Source of the DNA: Isurus oxyrinchus
Taxonomy: Eukaryota
Assembly (NCBI GenBank): GCA_026770705.1
Contig: JANJGN010000026.1
Location: 33,666,001 to 33,730,000 of the forward strand
Reading direction: 5' to 3'
DNA length: 64,000 nt
The notes under the pieces were generated by a model that made no database searches, was not told where the DNA came from, and was given only the letters and a program-made list of their open reading frames with translations. Shown here piece by piece: positions 26,101 to 38,199 of the stretch. The position numbers and the translations under genes are program-made. Numbering within the stretch: the stretch's first letter is position 1; each line of letters starts with the position of its first letter.

Positions 26101-26489
26101 GTTCTGTTCCTGTGCGCATGGTCACTGTGCTGGGACCAGGAATCTTCCTGACTGGTTGTAAACCTTCTGGTTCTCTCTGCTGTATTTCAGGAAGTGCAAT
26201 TTGATTTATTTCTTTAAAAAACTTGTAACTGTGCGAAACGTGAAAGTTTGACTTTTTGACCAGGTGCCTCAGAAATGAGATGCCCAACCCAATGTGACAG
26301 AAAGGACAATTCAGAAACGACAGACTGGCTGTTGAAGGATATTTGGTCGATTTTCAACCAGTGATGTATGTGCCTTGGGAGTGTTCGGATAGGCAATGCA
26401 GAGAGAGTTTTATTCTATTTTAATCCGTAAAGTAGCAGTCCTTGACCTATTTAATGGGACGGTGTGGAGGAATAAATTAGCCTGTATCT

Positions 26490-27105
26490 TATTTTTAATC
26501 CTATCACAGGATGTTGGGGTCGCTGGAAAGGCCAGCATTTGTTGCCCATCCCTAATTACCCCTTGAGGAAGTGTTGAAATGCCGCCTCCTTGAATAGCTG
26601 CATGTTCACTCACAGTACTGTTAGGAAGGGAGTTCCAGGATTCTGACATATTGACAGTGAAGGAACGGCAATATAATTCCAAGTCAGAATAGTGGGTGCC
26701 TTGGAGGGGAACGTACAGGTGGCAGTGTTTCCAAGCACCTGCTGCCCTTGTCCTTCTAGTTAGCAGAGATTGTGGGTTTTAAGGGTGCTCCTGAAGGAGC
26801 CTTGGCGGGTTGCTGCAGTGCATCTTGTATATGGTACACACTGCTGTCACTGTGCATCAGTGGGGGAGGGAGTAAATGTTTAAGGTGGTGGATGGGGTAC
26901 CAATTCTGTGGGCTGCTTTGTCCCAGATAGTATCGAGTTTCTTGGGGTTTTTTGAAGTTTCACTCATTGAGGCAAGTAGAAACTATTCAATCCCAGTCCT
27001 GACTTGTGCCTTGTAGATGGTCAGATGTCTTTGGGCAATAGGAGTTGAATTGCTCGCCACAGAATTCCCAGCCTCTGACCGGCTCTTGTAGCCACAGCAT
27101 TTATA
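26490..27105 (-). mobile_element. HER1-like LINE 3' fragment
   Basis: Reverse tail 'ccagcatttgttgcccatccctaatt' and SWNSLPNSTV motif. Confidence 0.65.
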
Positions 27106-27859
27106 TCAAAACTGGATTGAACCCTCTCGTGGGCATATTTGATGGAACAATGTAGAGAGAGTTTTATTTTATGTCAAACCAGTGCTGTACCTGACCCGGA
27201 GTGTTCGACAGTTCAGTGGAGAGTTGGCTTTCTGTTGAATACCATCCTTGCAGCTGATGACAGGAGTGTACCGGAGGAGGAGTGGGGGCTTTAATCCATG
27301 TCTTAACTTGTCCTGTTCCTGACCTGAGAGCCTTTTCCCTGCAGAGGTCAAACAAACTGAATCAGCATTGAACTACCTGGCTGTGAGTCCTAGACCAGAT
27401 CTGTGAAAATAAACAGTTCCATTGCTCAGTTGAAATGACGCACATTAATTGTTTTTAACAATATTTCTGGAGAGAACATGTATGCATTTTAAATGAATTA
27501 ATTATGTTTAAGCATTTTGAGTATCAGAAAATCATTGAATGTGAGTGACCTGAACTTGAGCACAATTTCAGAACAAACAGAATCAGGGAGTAACAGTGAG
27601 GCTCCAGAGAGCAGCACCTGTTCTGATCTGATCAGAGACTGCGAGTTATTTAAATGATCGAAATGGACAATGACCAGACTCCCACTCCAAATAACCAGCC
27701 GTGGGGGATTTGGGGAAAAGAAGCCGCCATCAAAGACTGAGCCATTGGATTGCCGCCTGCAGTGGGAGGAATGAATGACAGAAATAAGAGCATGAGGAGG
27801 ACATTCGGCCCTTCGATCCTGCCCTCCATTCAGTAAGATCATGGTTCATCTACCTCGAC

Positions 27860-28350
27860 ACTCAGTCTCTTTACCACACACCCTCACTCGCTCACTCTCT
27901 CTGTCACACATGCTCTCTCTCTCACACACACGTGCACTCTCTCTCTCTCTCTCTCACGCATTTTCTCTGACAGACACACACTGTCTCTTTCTCTCTCTGT
28001 CTCACACACACACACACACACAAACATACTCTCACATTCTCTCTTTCACACACACAAACTCTCTTTAACACGCCCACACTCTGTTTCACACATTGCCTCT
28101 CTCTTTCACACACACTCTCACACATACTATCTCAACTACACACACTCTCACACACGTGCATACTGTCTCTCCAACACACACATGCACTATTTCTCACACA
28201 TGCACTCTCACACACTCATTCTCTCTCACACACACACACACACACTTTCTGTCTCTGTCTCTCTCTCTTTCCCTCTCAAAAACACACATACACTTGCATG
28301 CACTCTCTCTCTCTCTTTCTCACGCACACACACACATTCTCACATACATA
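27860..28350. repeat. Compound (CT)n/(CA)n microsatellite
   Basis: Alternating ctct and caca runs. Confidence 0.95.
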
Positions 28351-28743
28351 TGTGGGCTGAAAATATTAATTTCAGAATGAAAATCTGTTAAACTGCATGC
28401 ATGTTCATTGTTCCATTTCTGAAGTCCTTTTGTGTAAAATGCAATTACACACGTGACATCACTATATATGTGGAGAATTTCCAAGTGTTGAACTAAACAC
28501 AAAGAAACAAGAAAATGGGAGGGATGTGATGGAGACCACGGTCGCCTGGATCCCCAATACTGGTGCACACTTGGTGCAAGATGCCTGCACGGCCCATCCT
28601 GGTTTTGCTGTAACCTTCCCCTCCAGCCCCTCAGTCTGCCTATTCATGCACTGACACGGGTTTCTCAAAGAAAGGAATTGGCATTATAGCAGCTGGCCAG
28701 TGCTCTACACTGCTGCCTGACTTTACACAGCCGGTGTTCCTGA

Positions 28744-28923
28744 AAGCTGATCAATCTGGAGAATCGGGACAGGATCGATGGAGAGGAAGAGGAGGAGGTG
28801 GAGGTGGTGGAGCCGAATGGAGGAGCCCCCAGCTCGGCTGTGGACAACAGGCAATGGAAAGCTGAGCCAGAGCAGAAAATCATCTGGAGAAACATCACCT
28901 TGATGAGCCTGCAGCACCTGGGC
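28744..28923 (+). pseudogene. Stearoyl-CoA desaturase (SCD5-like) N-terminal coding fragment
   Basis: Frame reads ...EEEEEVEVVEPNGG...EPEQKIIWRNITLMSLQHLG, matching the delta-9 desaturase TM1-entry motif (I/V)VWRN..LM..LH.G. No ATG, and it is truncated by a repeat. Confidence 0.7.
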
Positions 28924-29760
28924 ACCCTCACTACCCACAATCACTCACCCTCATTCTCTCACTCACCCTCACTACCCATAATCACTCACCCTCACTCAAT
29001 CTCACTCACTCACCCTCACTCACTCGCCATCATTCATCCTCACTCCCTCACCCACCCTCACTCACTCACCCTCACTCACTCGCCCTCACTCCCTCCATCA
29101 CTCATCCGCCCTCCCTCACCCACCCATGCTCACTCACCCTCACTCACTCACACTCACTCACCCATCACTCACGCACCCTCACTCACTCTCTCTCACTCAC
29201 CCTCACTCACCCAGTCTCATTCTCACTCACTTACTCACCCTAACTCACTCACTCTCACTCACCCTCACTCATCTTTCCCTACCGAGCCTCATTCTCACTC
29301 AATTACCCACCCTAACTCACTCACACTCACTCACTCTCACTCACCCAGAGTCACTCACTCAGCCTCATTCACACTCATTCACCCACCCTCACTTATCCAC
29401 CCTTACTCATCCACCCTCACTCATCCTTACTCAGACTCACTCATCCACCCATCCTTATTCACCTACCTGCACTCACAGTCAATAACTCATCCTCCCCACC
29501 CTCACACACCCAATCACCCTCACTTACATACCCACCCTCACACACCCAGCAACTCTCACTCACCCACTCATCCACCCTCAGTCAATCACCCACCCTCACT
29601 CACTCATCCATTCTCACTCACCCACATTCAGGCACCCACCCACGTTCACTCATCACTCACCCACGCACCCTCACTCACTCAGCCACCCACCCTCGCTCTG
29701 TCACTCAGCCACCCTCACTTTGTCAACCATGCACAGGCTCACTCACTCGATCACTTTTCC
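28924..29760. repeat. C-rich (CTCA/CACC)-derived low-complexity tract
   Basis: Recurring ctcactcaccc; very few G on the + strand. Confidence 0.95.
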
Positions 29761-29874
29761 TAAATCGGCATGTGGGAGGGCGGGAACTGCGGGAACGAGA
29801 GACCTGGAAGCGAGGCCTGAGGCCTAGCAGTGCCAGAAAGTGGAGGATGGCCGAAGGGAGCAATGAGCGTCGGT

Positions 29875-31330
29875 CGAAAGGGCAGAGAGGCGAGGAGAAA
29901 GTGCAGAGAGCCTGGGGGAAAAGGCAGAGAGCCGAGGGGGTTGGGGTGGAAGGGTAAAGAGCCGGGGGGTTTGGGGGGAAGGGAAGAGAGTCGGGGAAAA
30001 GGGCAGGGCTCCAGCAAAAAGTGCATAGAGATTGAGCAAGGGTCAGCGAGCCCGGGAACGGTCAGCGATCCAGTGGAAAAGGTCAGAGAGCCAAGCAAAA
30101 GTGCAGAGACCCGTGGAGTAAGTGCAGAGAGCTGGGGGAGAAAGCACAGAGAGGTGGGGGGGTGGGGTGAAGTGCAGAGAGGCAGGAGGGGGAAAGGGAA
30201 AAGAGGCAGCGGGGGAAAGGGAAATGGCAGAGAGGTGGGGTGGAGGTTTGAGAGGCGGGGGGGCAGTGTGGAAAGGGCAGTAAAGCGGGGGGCAAAAGGC
30301 AGAGAGGCGGGAGGGGGAAAGGGCAGAGAAGCAGGAGAGGGAAAGGTCAGAGAGGCAGGAAGGAGAAAGGGCAGAGAGGCAGGAGGGGGAAAGGGCAGAG
30401 AGGCTGGAGGGAAAAAGGACAGAGAGGAGAGGAGGAAAGGGCAGGGAGGCCGGAGAAGGAAAGGGCAGAGAGGCCGGAGGGAAAAAGGGCAGAGAGGCGG
30501 GAGAGGGAAATGGGCAGAGAGGTGGGAGGGGAAATGGGCAGAGAGGCGGGAGGGGGAAAGGGCAGAGAGGTGGGAGGGGAAATGGGCAGAGAGGAGAGAA
30601 GGAAAGGGCAGAGAGGCGGGAGGGGGCAAAGGGCAGAGAGGTGGGAGGGTGAAAGGGCAGAGAGGCTGGCGAGAAAGGGAAGAGAGGCGAGGGGTAAAGG
30701 GCAATGAGGCAGGAGGGGCAAAGGGCAGAGAGGCGGGTGGGGCAAAGGGCAGAGAGGTGGGTGGGGGGAAAGGGCAGAGAGGCGGGAGGGCAAAGGGTAG
30801 AAGGGCCAGAGGGGGAACGGGCAGAGAGATGGGAGGGGGAAAGGGCAGAGAGACGGGAGGGGGAAAGAGCAGAGAGGTGGGAGGAGGAAAGGGCAGAGAG
30901 GCGGAGGGAGGAAAGGGCAGAGAGGCAGGAGGGGGAAAGGGCAGAGAGGCGGGTGGGGGCAAGTGCAGAGAGGAGGGTGGGGGTAAAGGGCAGAGAGGTG
31001 GAGGGAGGAAAGGGCAGAGAGGCAGGAGGGGGAAAGGGCAGAGAGGCGGGAGGGGGAAAGGGCAGAGAGGCAGAGGGAGGAAAGGGCAGAGAGGCAGGAG
31101 GGGGGAAGTGCAGACAGGAGGGTGGGGGTAAAGGGCAGAGAGGCAGAGGGAGGAAAGGGCAGAGAGGCAGGAGCAGGCAAGAGCAGAGAGGTGGGGGGGG
31201 AAAGGGCATAGAGGCGGAGGGAGGAAAGGGCAAAGAGGCGGGGGGAAAGGGCAGCGAAGCGGGCAGGGGGGAAGGGCTGAGAGGTGGGGGAATGGGGAAG
31301 GGCAGCGAGGTGGGCAAAAGTGCAGAGAGC
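29875..31330. repeat. G/purine-rich ~24-bp tandem repeat
   Basis: Unit about ggggaaagggcagagaggcgggag; 8-aa periodicity in incidental ORFs. Confidence 0.95.
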
Positions 31331-31398
31331 CGGAATACAGTGGGGACATCCGGGCGAAAGCATTTGTGAGCCGAGGCTCCAGGCACCCTGGGCCCCAT

Positions 31399-31429
<31 letters not shown>

Positions 31430-31799
31430 TTGCATCTCCTCCTCCTGAAATCCTTTCCGTTCCTGGGGAAAGGCGATAAGTGCCTAGGAGAGAAAGGAGA
31501 CAATGTCTCAGTGCGCTCCGCCCCCCTCACGCCGGCCCCACCGGCTTCCTACACCTTCCTCCAGCGGGTGTTCACTGCCCCTCCAATCACAACCTGTTTG
31601 TCTCCCACTTTTCCTGCTGATAGGCCCACTAGTCAGGCTATCAGCAGCTAACGGGGTAGGGGGCCCGCCTGAGATTGGGGGAGCATCTCCTTACAGATAT
31701 CTTCAACTCCACTTACCTGCCTTACTAGCATTTTGAACAACGGCTCCGGGGGCCAGACAGAGGGGCTTCGGGGGCCACAATCCAGTGAAGGGACATGGA

Positions 31800-33400
31800 T
31801 TGGACAAGCCCATAATAAAGGAAAATAAGGAAATGGGCAGAGAAGTTGGCCAAATACTTTGGCCTTAACGAGGTGGTTACTAAAATGGCAGAGGCATTGG
31901 TTTTAATTTTCCAAACTTCCCGAGATTCTGGAACAGTCTAATCAGGTTGGAAAATAGAGAATGAGGCTTTCTCTTAAATAAAGGAGGGAAAGGGAAAGCA
32001 AGAAACTACAGGCCAGTTAGCTTAACATCTGTCAGAGCGAAAATGTTTTAATCTTTTCTTAAAGAGTATATCACAGGTCACCAAGAAAATCCAAATGCAA
32101 ATATGGAGATCCATCATAGTTTTGTGAAAGGGAAATCAATCACGTTTGGCTAATTTATTTGAGGCCTTTGAAGTAAGAAGGAACATGAATAAAGGAGAAC
32201 CTGTGGGTGTGCTATACTTGGACTTCAAGAAGGCATTTGACAAAGTGGCACGTCAAGGTTATTACACAAATTAGTGGTGTCAGCAGTAACATTTCAGCAT
32301 GGATAGAAGTTTGGTTAGCTAACAGGAAACAGAGAGCAGGGATAAATTGGTTATTTTAGATTGGCAAGATGTGACAAGTGGAGTGCCACAGGGATCAATG
32401 CTGCGGCCTCAACTATTTACAATTTATAACAATGACTTGAATTAAAGGACTGAATGAATTTGCTAAATTTGCTGATAACACAAAATAGATAGTAAAGTAA
32501 AGGGTGAAGAGAGGTTAAAGATCAGCAAAGGGATATCGATAGGTTAAGTGAGTGGGCAAAGAAAATGACAGATGGAGTATAATCTGGGAAAATATAAACT
32601 TGTCCACTTTGGCAGGAAGAATACAAAAGCAGCGTATTATTGAAAGGGAGAGAGATGGCAGAACCCTGAGGTACAGAGGGATGTGGATCCCTTGGTGTAT
32701 GAATCACAAAAAGTTATAATGCAGGAACAGCAAGTGATGAGGAAGGCAAAGGGAATGTTGGCATTTATCACAAGGGGAACAGAATATAATGGAAGGATAT
32801 TTTGCTACAGTTTAACGGGGTGGCGATGAGACCTCATCTGAATTACTGTGTACAGATTTGGTCTCGTTTAAGAAAGGATATAAAAGCATTAGAAGCTGTT
32901 CAGAGAATGTTCATTCAAATGATACTGGGAGGTGTCGTCGGTTATCTTATGAGGAAAGTTTGGATAGGCTGGGCCTGTATCCATCGGAGTTTAGAAGAAT
33001 AAGAGCTCATTTTATTCAAACATATAATATCCTGAGGGGAATTAACAGGGTGGATGCTGAAAGGATGTTTCCCCTTGTGAGAGAGACTAACGATAGGGAA
33101 CACGGTTTAAAAATAAGAGGTCTCCCATTTCAGACAGAAATGAGGGGATTTTATTTTTTCTTTCAATGACTCGTGAAACTTTGGAACTCTCTTCCCCAGA
33201 GAGCGATGGAGGAGGAGTCATTAATATTTCAAGGCAGAGGTAGAGAGATTCTTCATTGACAAGGGAGTCAAAGGTTAGCGGAGATTAGGCGGGAATGTGG
33301 AGTTCACGCCACAATCGGATCAGCTATGATCGGTAGTGAATGGTGGAGGAGGCCCCAGAGGCCGAATGGCCTACTCCTGCTACTGATCCGCACGTTCACA
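31800..33400 (+). mobile_element. CR1-clade LINE RT/3' fragment, decayed
   Basis: NYRPVSLTS, YLDFKKAFDKV, SGVPQGS, KFAD and RPHLNYCVQIW remnants. Confidence 0.88.
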
Positions 33401-33960
33401 TGTACATACGATTGGAAAATATCGTACTAACAGTCACTGGTATTCAGTTTAGGGTTCTATGGTCATTATATAGGTACCATTACAAAGGTACTTTCGAAGG
33501 GTTATTGCTGTTCTTTGTTTTGGGGGGGGACATGGAGAGGGGAGGGGGCATCAATCAATTTGAACAGAGCCAATTTTCAAAGCTGCAATGATATAAATGA
33601 CGAGACAAATTCTCTAGCACCAAGTGCTGTTGATTGAGAAATAAATGGTGCCAAAATAATGGGGAAGATGCTCTGCTCTTCCATTTTAATCCACTGAAAG
33701 GTACGTCATTCAGATGACATCAAAATGTTCTCTTTTAGTAATGGGATAGAGGCGGAAAAAGAGGTGTGGGTTTCTAAAGAGGGAACCGACAAGTGAGGGT
33801 CACCAAATAATGGAAATAATAAATGATCAAATGTGGATGTGGGCTTTAGTTGGAATATATTTGGATATGTTTATAGTTCTAGTCTAATTTCGAGTTGTTT
33901 GGTTACTTAATGATCACAAATCACAGAGGCTAACTTGTTCGATCGGCCATTCTTTCCCAG

Positions 33961-34260
33961 CGACACCGTCTTCGCCCACTCTCTACAGCCTGGTCTCCTC
34001 CTGTCAGCAACACAACCCCGACGGCTCCGTCACCTACGGCTGTTTGGCAATGGACTACTCCCCAGAAATCACCAGCCTGACCTGGAAGAAAGATGGGCAG
34101 CCGATCGCTACTGGATTTAAGACTTACCCGTCGGTGAGAAACCAGAAGGGAACTTTCACCCTGAGCAGCCAGTTAACCATCACCAAGTCAGATGGCGAAT
34201 GCAGCAAAATCAAGTGTGAGGTTCAATACAGCGGCTCAGACAAGAGCATTGAAATGCACT
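33961..34260 (+). CDS. IGHM: IgM constant exon Cmu1
   Basis: cccag|CG; [37 protein letters not shown]...KCEVQ; 300 nt, donor T|GTAAGT. Confidence 0.95.
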
Positions 34261-34474
34261 GTAAGTATTGGGGAACCTGTGAGAAACAGAAAGACTGTGA
34301 TTGACCTGTATAGAGCCTTGGCTGTAACGCATTTATAGTGCTCTGCATAGTTCTGATCCCTGGAAATTCCAAGTTCGTGTCCATTGACCGCAAAGAGCCT
34401 GTTAAAATATAAGAACTTAGTGTATCTGTTATCAATTTCTTCTGCAAGAAATGGCTAACCTTTGTTTTTTGAAG

Positions 34475-34789
34475 GTCCTCGTCCTGACTTACCTCCAACT
34501 GTTCTCCTCACCGTGAGTTCCAGGGATGAAATCACAACCAAAAAATTTGCAATCGCCGTCTGTTCAATCATCGATTTCCGTCCGAAGCCATTCACCGTGA
34601 AGTGGCTGAAAAATGGACAACCCATGAATTCAGGAATTGTCACCTCTCCCGCCTTTGAAATGAACAGGAACTTCTCGGCGACCAGTCGGCTGCAAGTCTC
34701 CGCTGGGGAATGGTTCAGCGACGCGGTCTATACCTGTCAGGTCACTCACCAAGGGGTCACCCAAAGTCGAAACGCCACCAAGTGTGAGG
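34475..34789 (+). CDS. IGHM: IgM constant exon Cmu2
   Basis: gaag|GT; [10 protein letters not shown]...[16 protein letters not shown]...VYTCQVTH; 315 nt, donor G|GTAAGA. Confidence 0.95.
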
Positions 34790-35414
34790 GTAAGAAATAT
34801 AAACCGTGGAAGCAATAGATCATTCTCCACTCCGGTGTTAATCAAATCAGGAATTTATTGGAGTTAGTAGAAAGCACGAAACAACATCTAATTTACTATC
34901 ACATAGTTGGTGTTTCATTCCGATGTAAGGGCTGCATTCGGATTATTCACCATTCAGGATTTGATCACATCACGTCTCTGCACTGACGTCATAGAGTATG
35001 TGAGGTGGACTTGATATCAAGCTTTACCTTGAGTCAGCTGATCATATTTGGAGAGGCAGAAGGTCTCTGGAACCCTTCACTGGTAACAGCTTCGAGACAG
35101 AGTGTTGGAAAGTGCACCCACCCTTTTTATAAAACATATTTCAGTCCTGCATTCCAGGGCCCAGGAATGATACATTTGTATTGGGACTGGGGCAACGCAG
35201 ATTTCTGAGAATGTTACCGGGGCTGAACAACTTAAATTATGAGAACAATTTACACAGACCAAGCTGGTTTTCCATTGTGTAAAGAAGATTAAAAACGATA
35301 GTTAGAGGTTGATATGTCCAAGGTGATTTATTCTCCTTCAGGGAGTGAAGATTGAATACTGCTGTCCTGCTTCTGAAGGTGAAACTTTGGTTGATTTTCA
35401 TTTCTGTCTCACAG

Positions 35415-35726
35415 GCGATCACCAATGCCTCAACGATCCCACAATTACTCTATTGCCACCTCCAATAGAACAAGTCTTACTGGAGGCGACCGTGACCTTA
35501 ACCTGCATCGTTTCTAATGCTCCTTATGGAGTCCTCGTGTCCTGGACACAAGAGAAGAAGCCTTTGAAATCAGAGATCGCCGTCCAACCGGGAGAGGATC
35601 CCGACAGCGTGGTCAGCAACGTAAACATCTCGACACAAGCCTGGCTGAGTGGGGCTGAGTTCTACTGCGTGGTGAGCCATCAGGATCTGCCGACTCCTTT
35701 AAGAAGTTCCATCCACAAGGAACCAG
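35415..35726 (+). CDS. IGHM: IgM constant exon Cmu3
   Basis: cacag|GC; [19 protein letters not shown]...[15 protein letters not shown]; 312 nt, donor G|GTGAGT. Confidence 0.95.
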
Positions 35727-36119
35727 GTGAGTGGTGAGATTGAAGCAATAAGTTGTTCAATGTGTCTATTTCCAGTGTAAATGTAAGGATCAATATTTAC
35801 TATTCAGTGTATTCATGGTCTACTCTGATTAGCAATTTCGCCAACGAAACTCCCTGGGCCTGTGGACTTTCAGGAGGAAATTGATAAGTAGATGAATGAA
35901 CAATGAATTGAAGGCTGTGCCATTGGGTTTAGATGAAGCAAGATGGGAGGAGCCTGGTGCGAAGCTGAAACACCAACATGGACCAGTTGGGCAGAATGGC
36001 CTGTTTCTACGCTGTAAACTTTGAGAAACTTTCTCGTCCAACCCTATAAGTTCTCAAGGAAAAGGATTGTGCCACCTCTGCTCCGAGCTGGAAAGCCGGA
36101 CAGATCCCAAACTATTTTA

Positions 36120-36320
36120 TTTATTAATTCATGGGATGTGGGCGTCACTGGCTGGGCCAGAGTTATTGCCCATCCCTAATTGCCCTTGACAAGGTGTTGG
36201 TGAGCTGCCTTCTTGAACTGCTGCAGTCCATGTGGTGTAGATACACCCACAGTGCTGTTAGGAAGGGAGTTCCAGAATTTTGATTCAGCTATAGTGAAGG
36301 ATCGGTGATATATTTCCAAG
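36120..36320 (-). mobile_element. HER1/HE1-type 3' tail fragment
   Basis: 'ttcatgggatgtgggcgtcactggctgggccag..ttgcccatccctaattgcccttg'. Confidence 0.6.
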
Positions 36321-36440
36321 AAGTGGATAATGAAAAACCTTAATATTCATCACAAAACACGTTACTCTCACATCTAACCAGTGGTTTCAATGTCTATGAA
36401 TGTATCCAGTTTATTAACATTTATTGTACATTTTCTGCAG

Positions 36441-36832
36441 TTAAAGACCCGCGGGAACCGTCCGTGTCTGTCCTCCTGCCCTCGGCAGAACATGTCTCCG
36501 CTCAGGGATTCGTCTCCCTCAGCTGCTTAGTGACAGGTTTCTCCCCGCGAGAGATTTTCGTCAAGTGGACCGTCAATGACAAGCCGGTGAATCCTGGGAA
36601 CTACAAGAACACCGAGGTAGTGGCGGAGAACGGCAATCGCTCCTTCTTCATGTACAGCCTGTTATCCATTGCAGCGGAGGAGTGGGCCAGCGGCGCTTCT
36701 TACTCCTGTGTGGTGGGACATGAAGCGATCCCCTTGAAGATCATCAACAGAACGGTTGATAAATCCAGCGGTAAACCGAGTTTTGTGAACATTTCCCTTG
36801 CACTGATGGACACCGTTAATTCATGTCAATGA
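36441..36832 (+). CDS. IGHM: IgM Cmu4 plus secretory tailpiece
   Basis: tgcag|TT; ...[43 protein letters not shown] with tailpiece N-glycan and penultimate Cys. Internal donor G|GTAAAC at 36770/36771 for the membrane form. Confidence 0.97.
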
Positions 36833-36859
36833 GAATCTCTCGGTTACATTTCAAACTTC

Positions 36860-36875
36860 AATAAAAAATAATAAA
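36860..36875 (+). terminator. Secreted-form polyadenylation signals
   Basis: Two AATAAA (36860 and 36870) just after the stop. Confidence 0.8.
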
Positions 36876-37269
36876 GTCCTTTTCTCCAATCGTGATTTAA
36901 ATACACAGTCGTTTAAGTAATGTTGTTTTCCAATTTTGCTAATTTTAGACGTGTTTTGTTAAAATCGGATACTCACAGGGCTCAGACCCAAGTCTTGTAC
37001 ATCCAGTGCTCCCAGCTCAGATACACCCTGGGTTAGAGACAGAGTAAAGCTCATTCATTACAGGATTCTGCAAAATAGCTTCACCAGCTCTCCTCCAGCT
37101 GAGGAGAAATCTGACAATTTCTCATTTCCAATAAACAAACACAGCACATTTAGATCTCGGTGTTCCTGCTTCTCTTGTCTTCCATCCCTTTAAAATGGAT
37201 GTCAGCTTTAAGCTTCTGCACCACACCCACGGGGAACTGAAGTGAGGGTCACGCAGAAATATGTCCCAA

Positions 37270-37800
37270 CAATCCCCCATCAGAGAGAGGGGGAAGGGAA
37301 ATTGTTACCCCATTGCACCTCCACCTCCCCAACAGAGAGAGGGGGAGCGGAAATTGCTAACCCACTGTACCCCGACTTCTCCAACAGAGAAAGGGGAGGG
37401 GAAATTGTTAACCCAATGTACCCCCACTTCCCCAGAGAGAGTGGAAGGGGACATTGTTAAACCACTGCACCTTCACTTCCACAACAGCAGGTGGTGGTGG
37501 GGGGGAATTGTTTAACCACTGTACCCCCACTTTCCCAACAGAGAGAGGGGAAGGCAAACTGGTAAACCACTGTACCTCCACTTACCTGAGATAGAAAACT
37601 GAAAGGAAAATTTTAAGCCAATTTTATCTCCACTTGCTAAACAAAAAGACAAGGAAGGCCATTGGTTAACCCGGTGTGTTTCCACCTTCTCAGCAGAGAG
37701 AACCGAAAGGGAAATTGCTTAGACAACCAGACAGAGCAAAACTATTAACTCACTGGACCCTCAGTCCCCTAGTAGAGAATCTGGAAGGGAATGGGTCTCT
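37270..37800. repeat. ~53-bp minisatellite between the secretory and TM exons
   Basis: Recurring 'ccaacagagagaggggagggaaattgttaacccactgtacccccactt'. Confidence 0.85.
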
Positions 37801-38199
37801 ACTATAAGGACTCAGTTAACAACAGTCGAAGTCAGCTTCTAGCTTACTGGCCACAGATTTTAAACTCCCATCATGCTTGGGATGTTGTAAAAACGTCTAC
37901 TTATGCAACATAACTTGAAGATGTTTTAACACTCTTGCCCTGTTAAGCTTATGCTAAGATTGATTTCCCATCATCCAAATCTAAACTGGTGACTGAATCC
38001 TCCCTGGGTTGTTCAAGGTTCTGTCCCTGAATTTTTATGAGGCACATGGTTGATTCTTTGCATTCGTTCATCTGATATCACCTTGCATCTCACAGAAAAC
38101 ATGTTTATACACAGAACTTTGAAAATATTCACCGGATTTTTCACCGTCAAGGTCAGACTCGATCATTGGTATCTGGTGAACTTTGGAAAAATAGTAAAA

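Noticed and set aside
28924-29763. His/Ser/Thr/Pro-rich remainder of the 321-aa ORF
   Set aside because: It is a translation of a (CTCA)-type low-complexity tract. Only the first ~42 codons look protein-derived.
29760-31530. Long ORFs of 221-556 aa on both strands
   Set aside because: These are by-products of a stop-poor 24-bp repeat, open in several frames with no domain structure.
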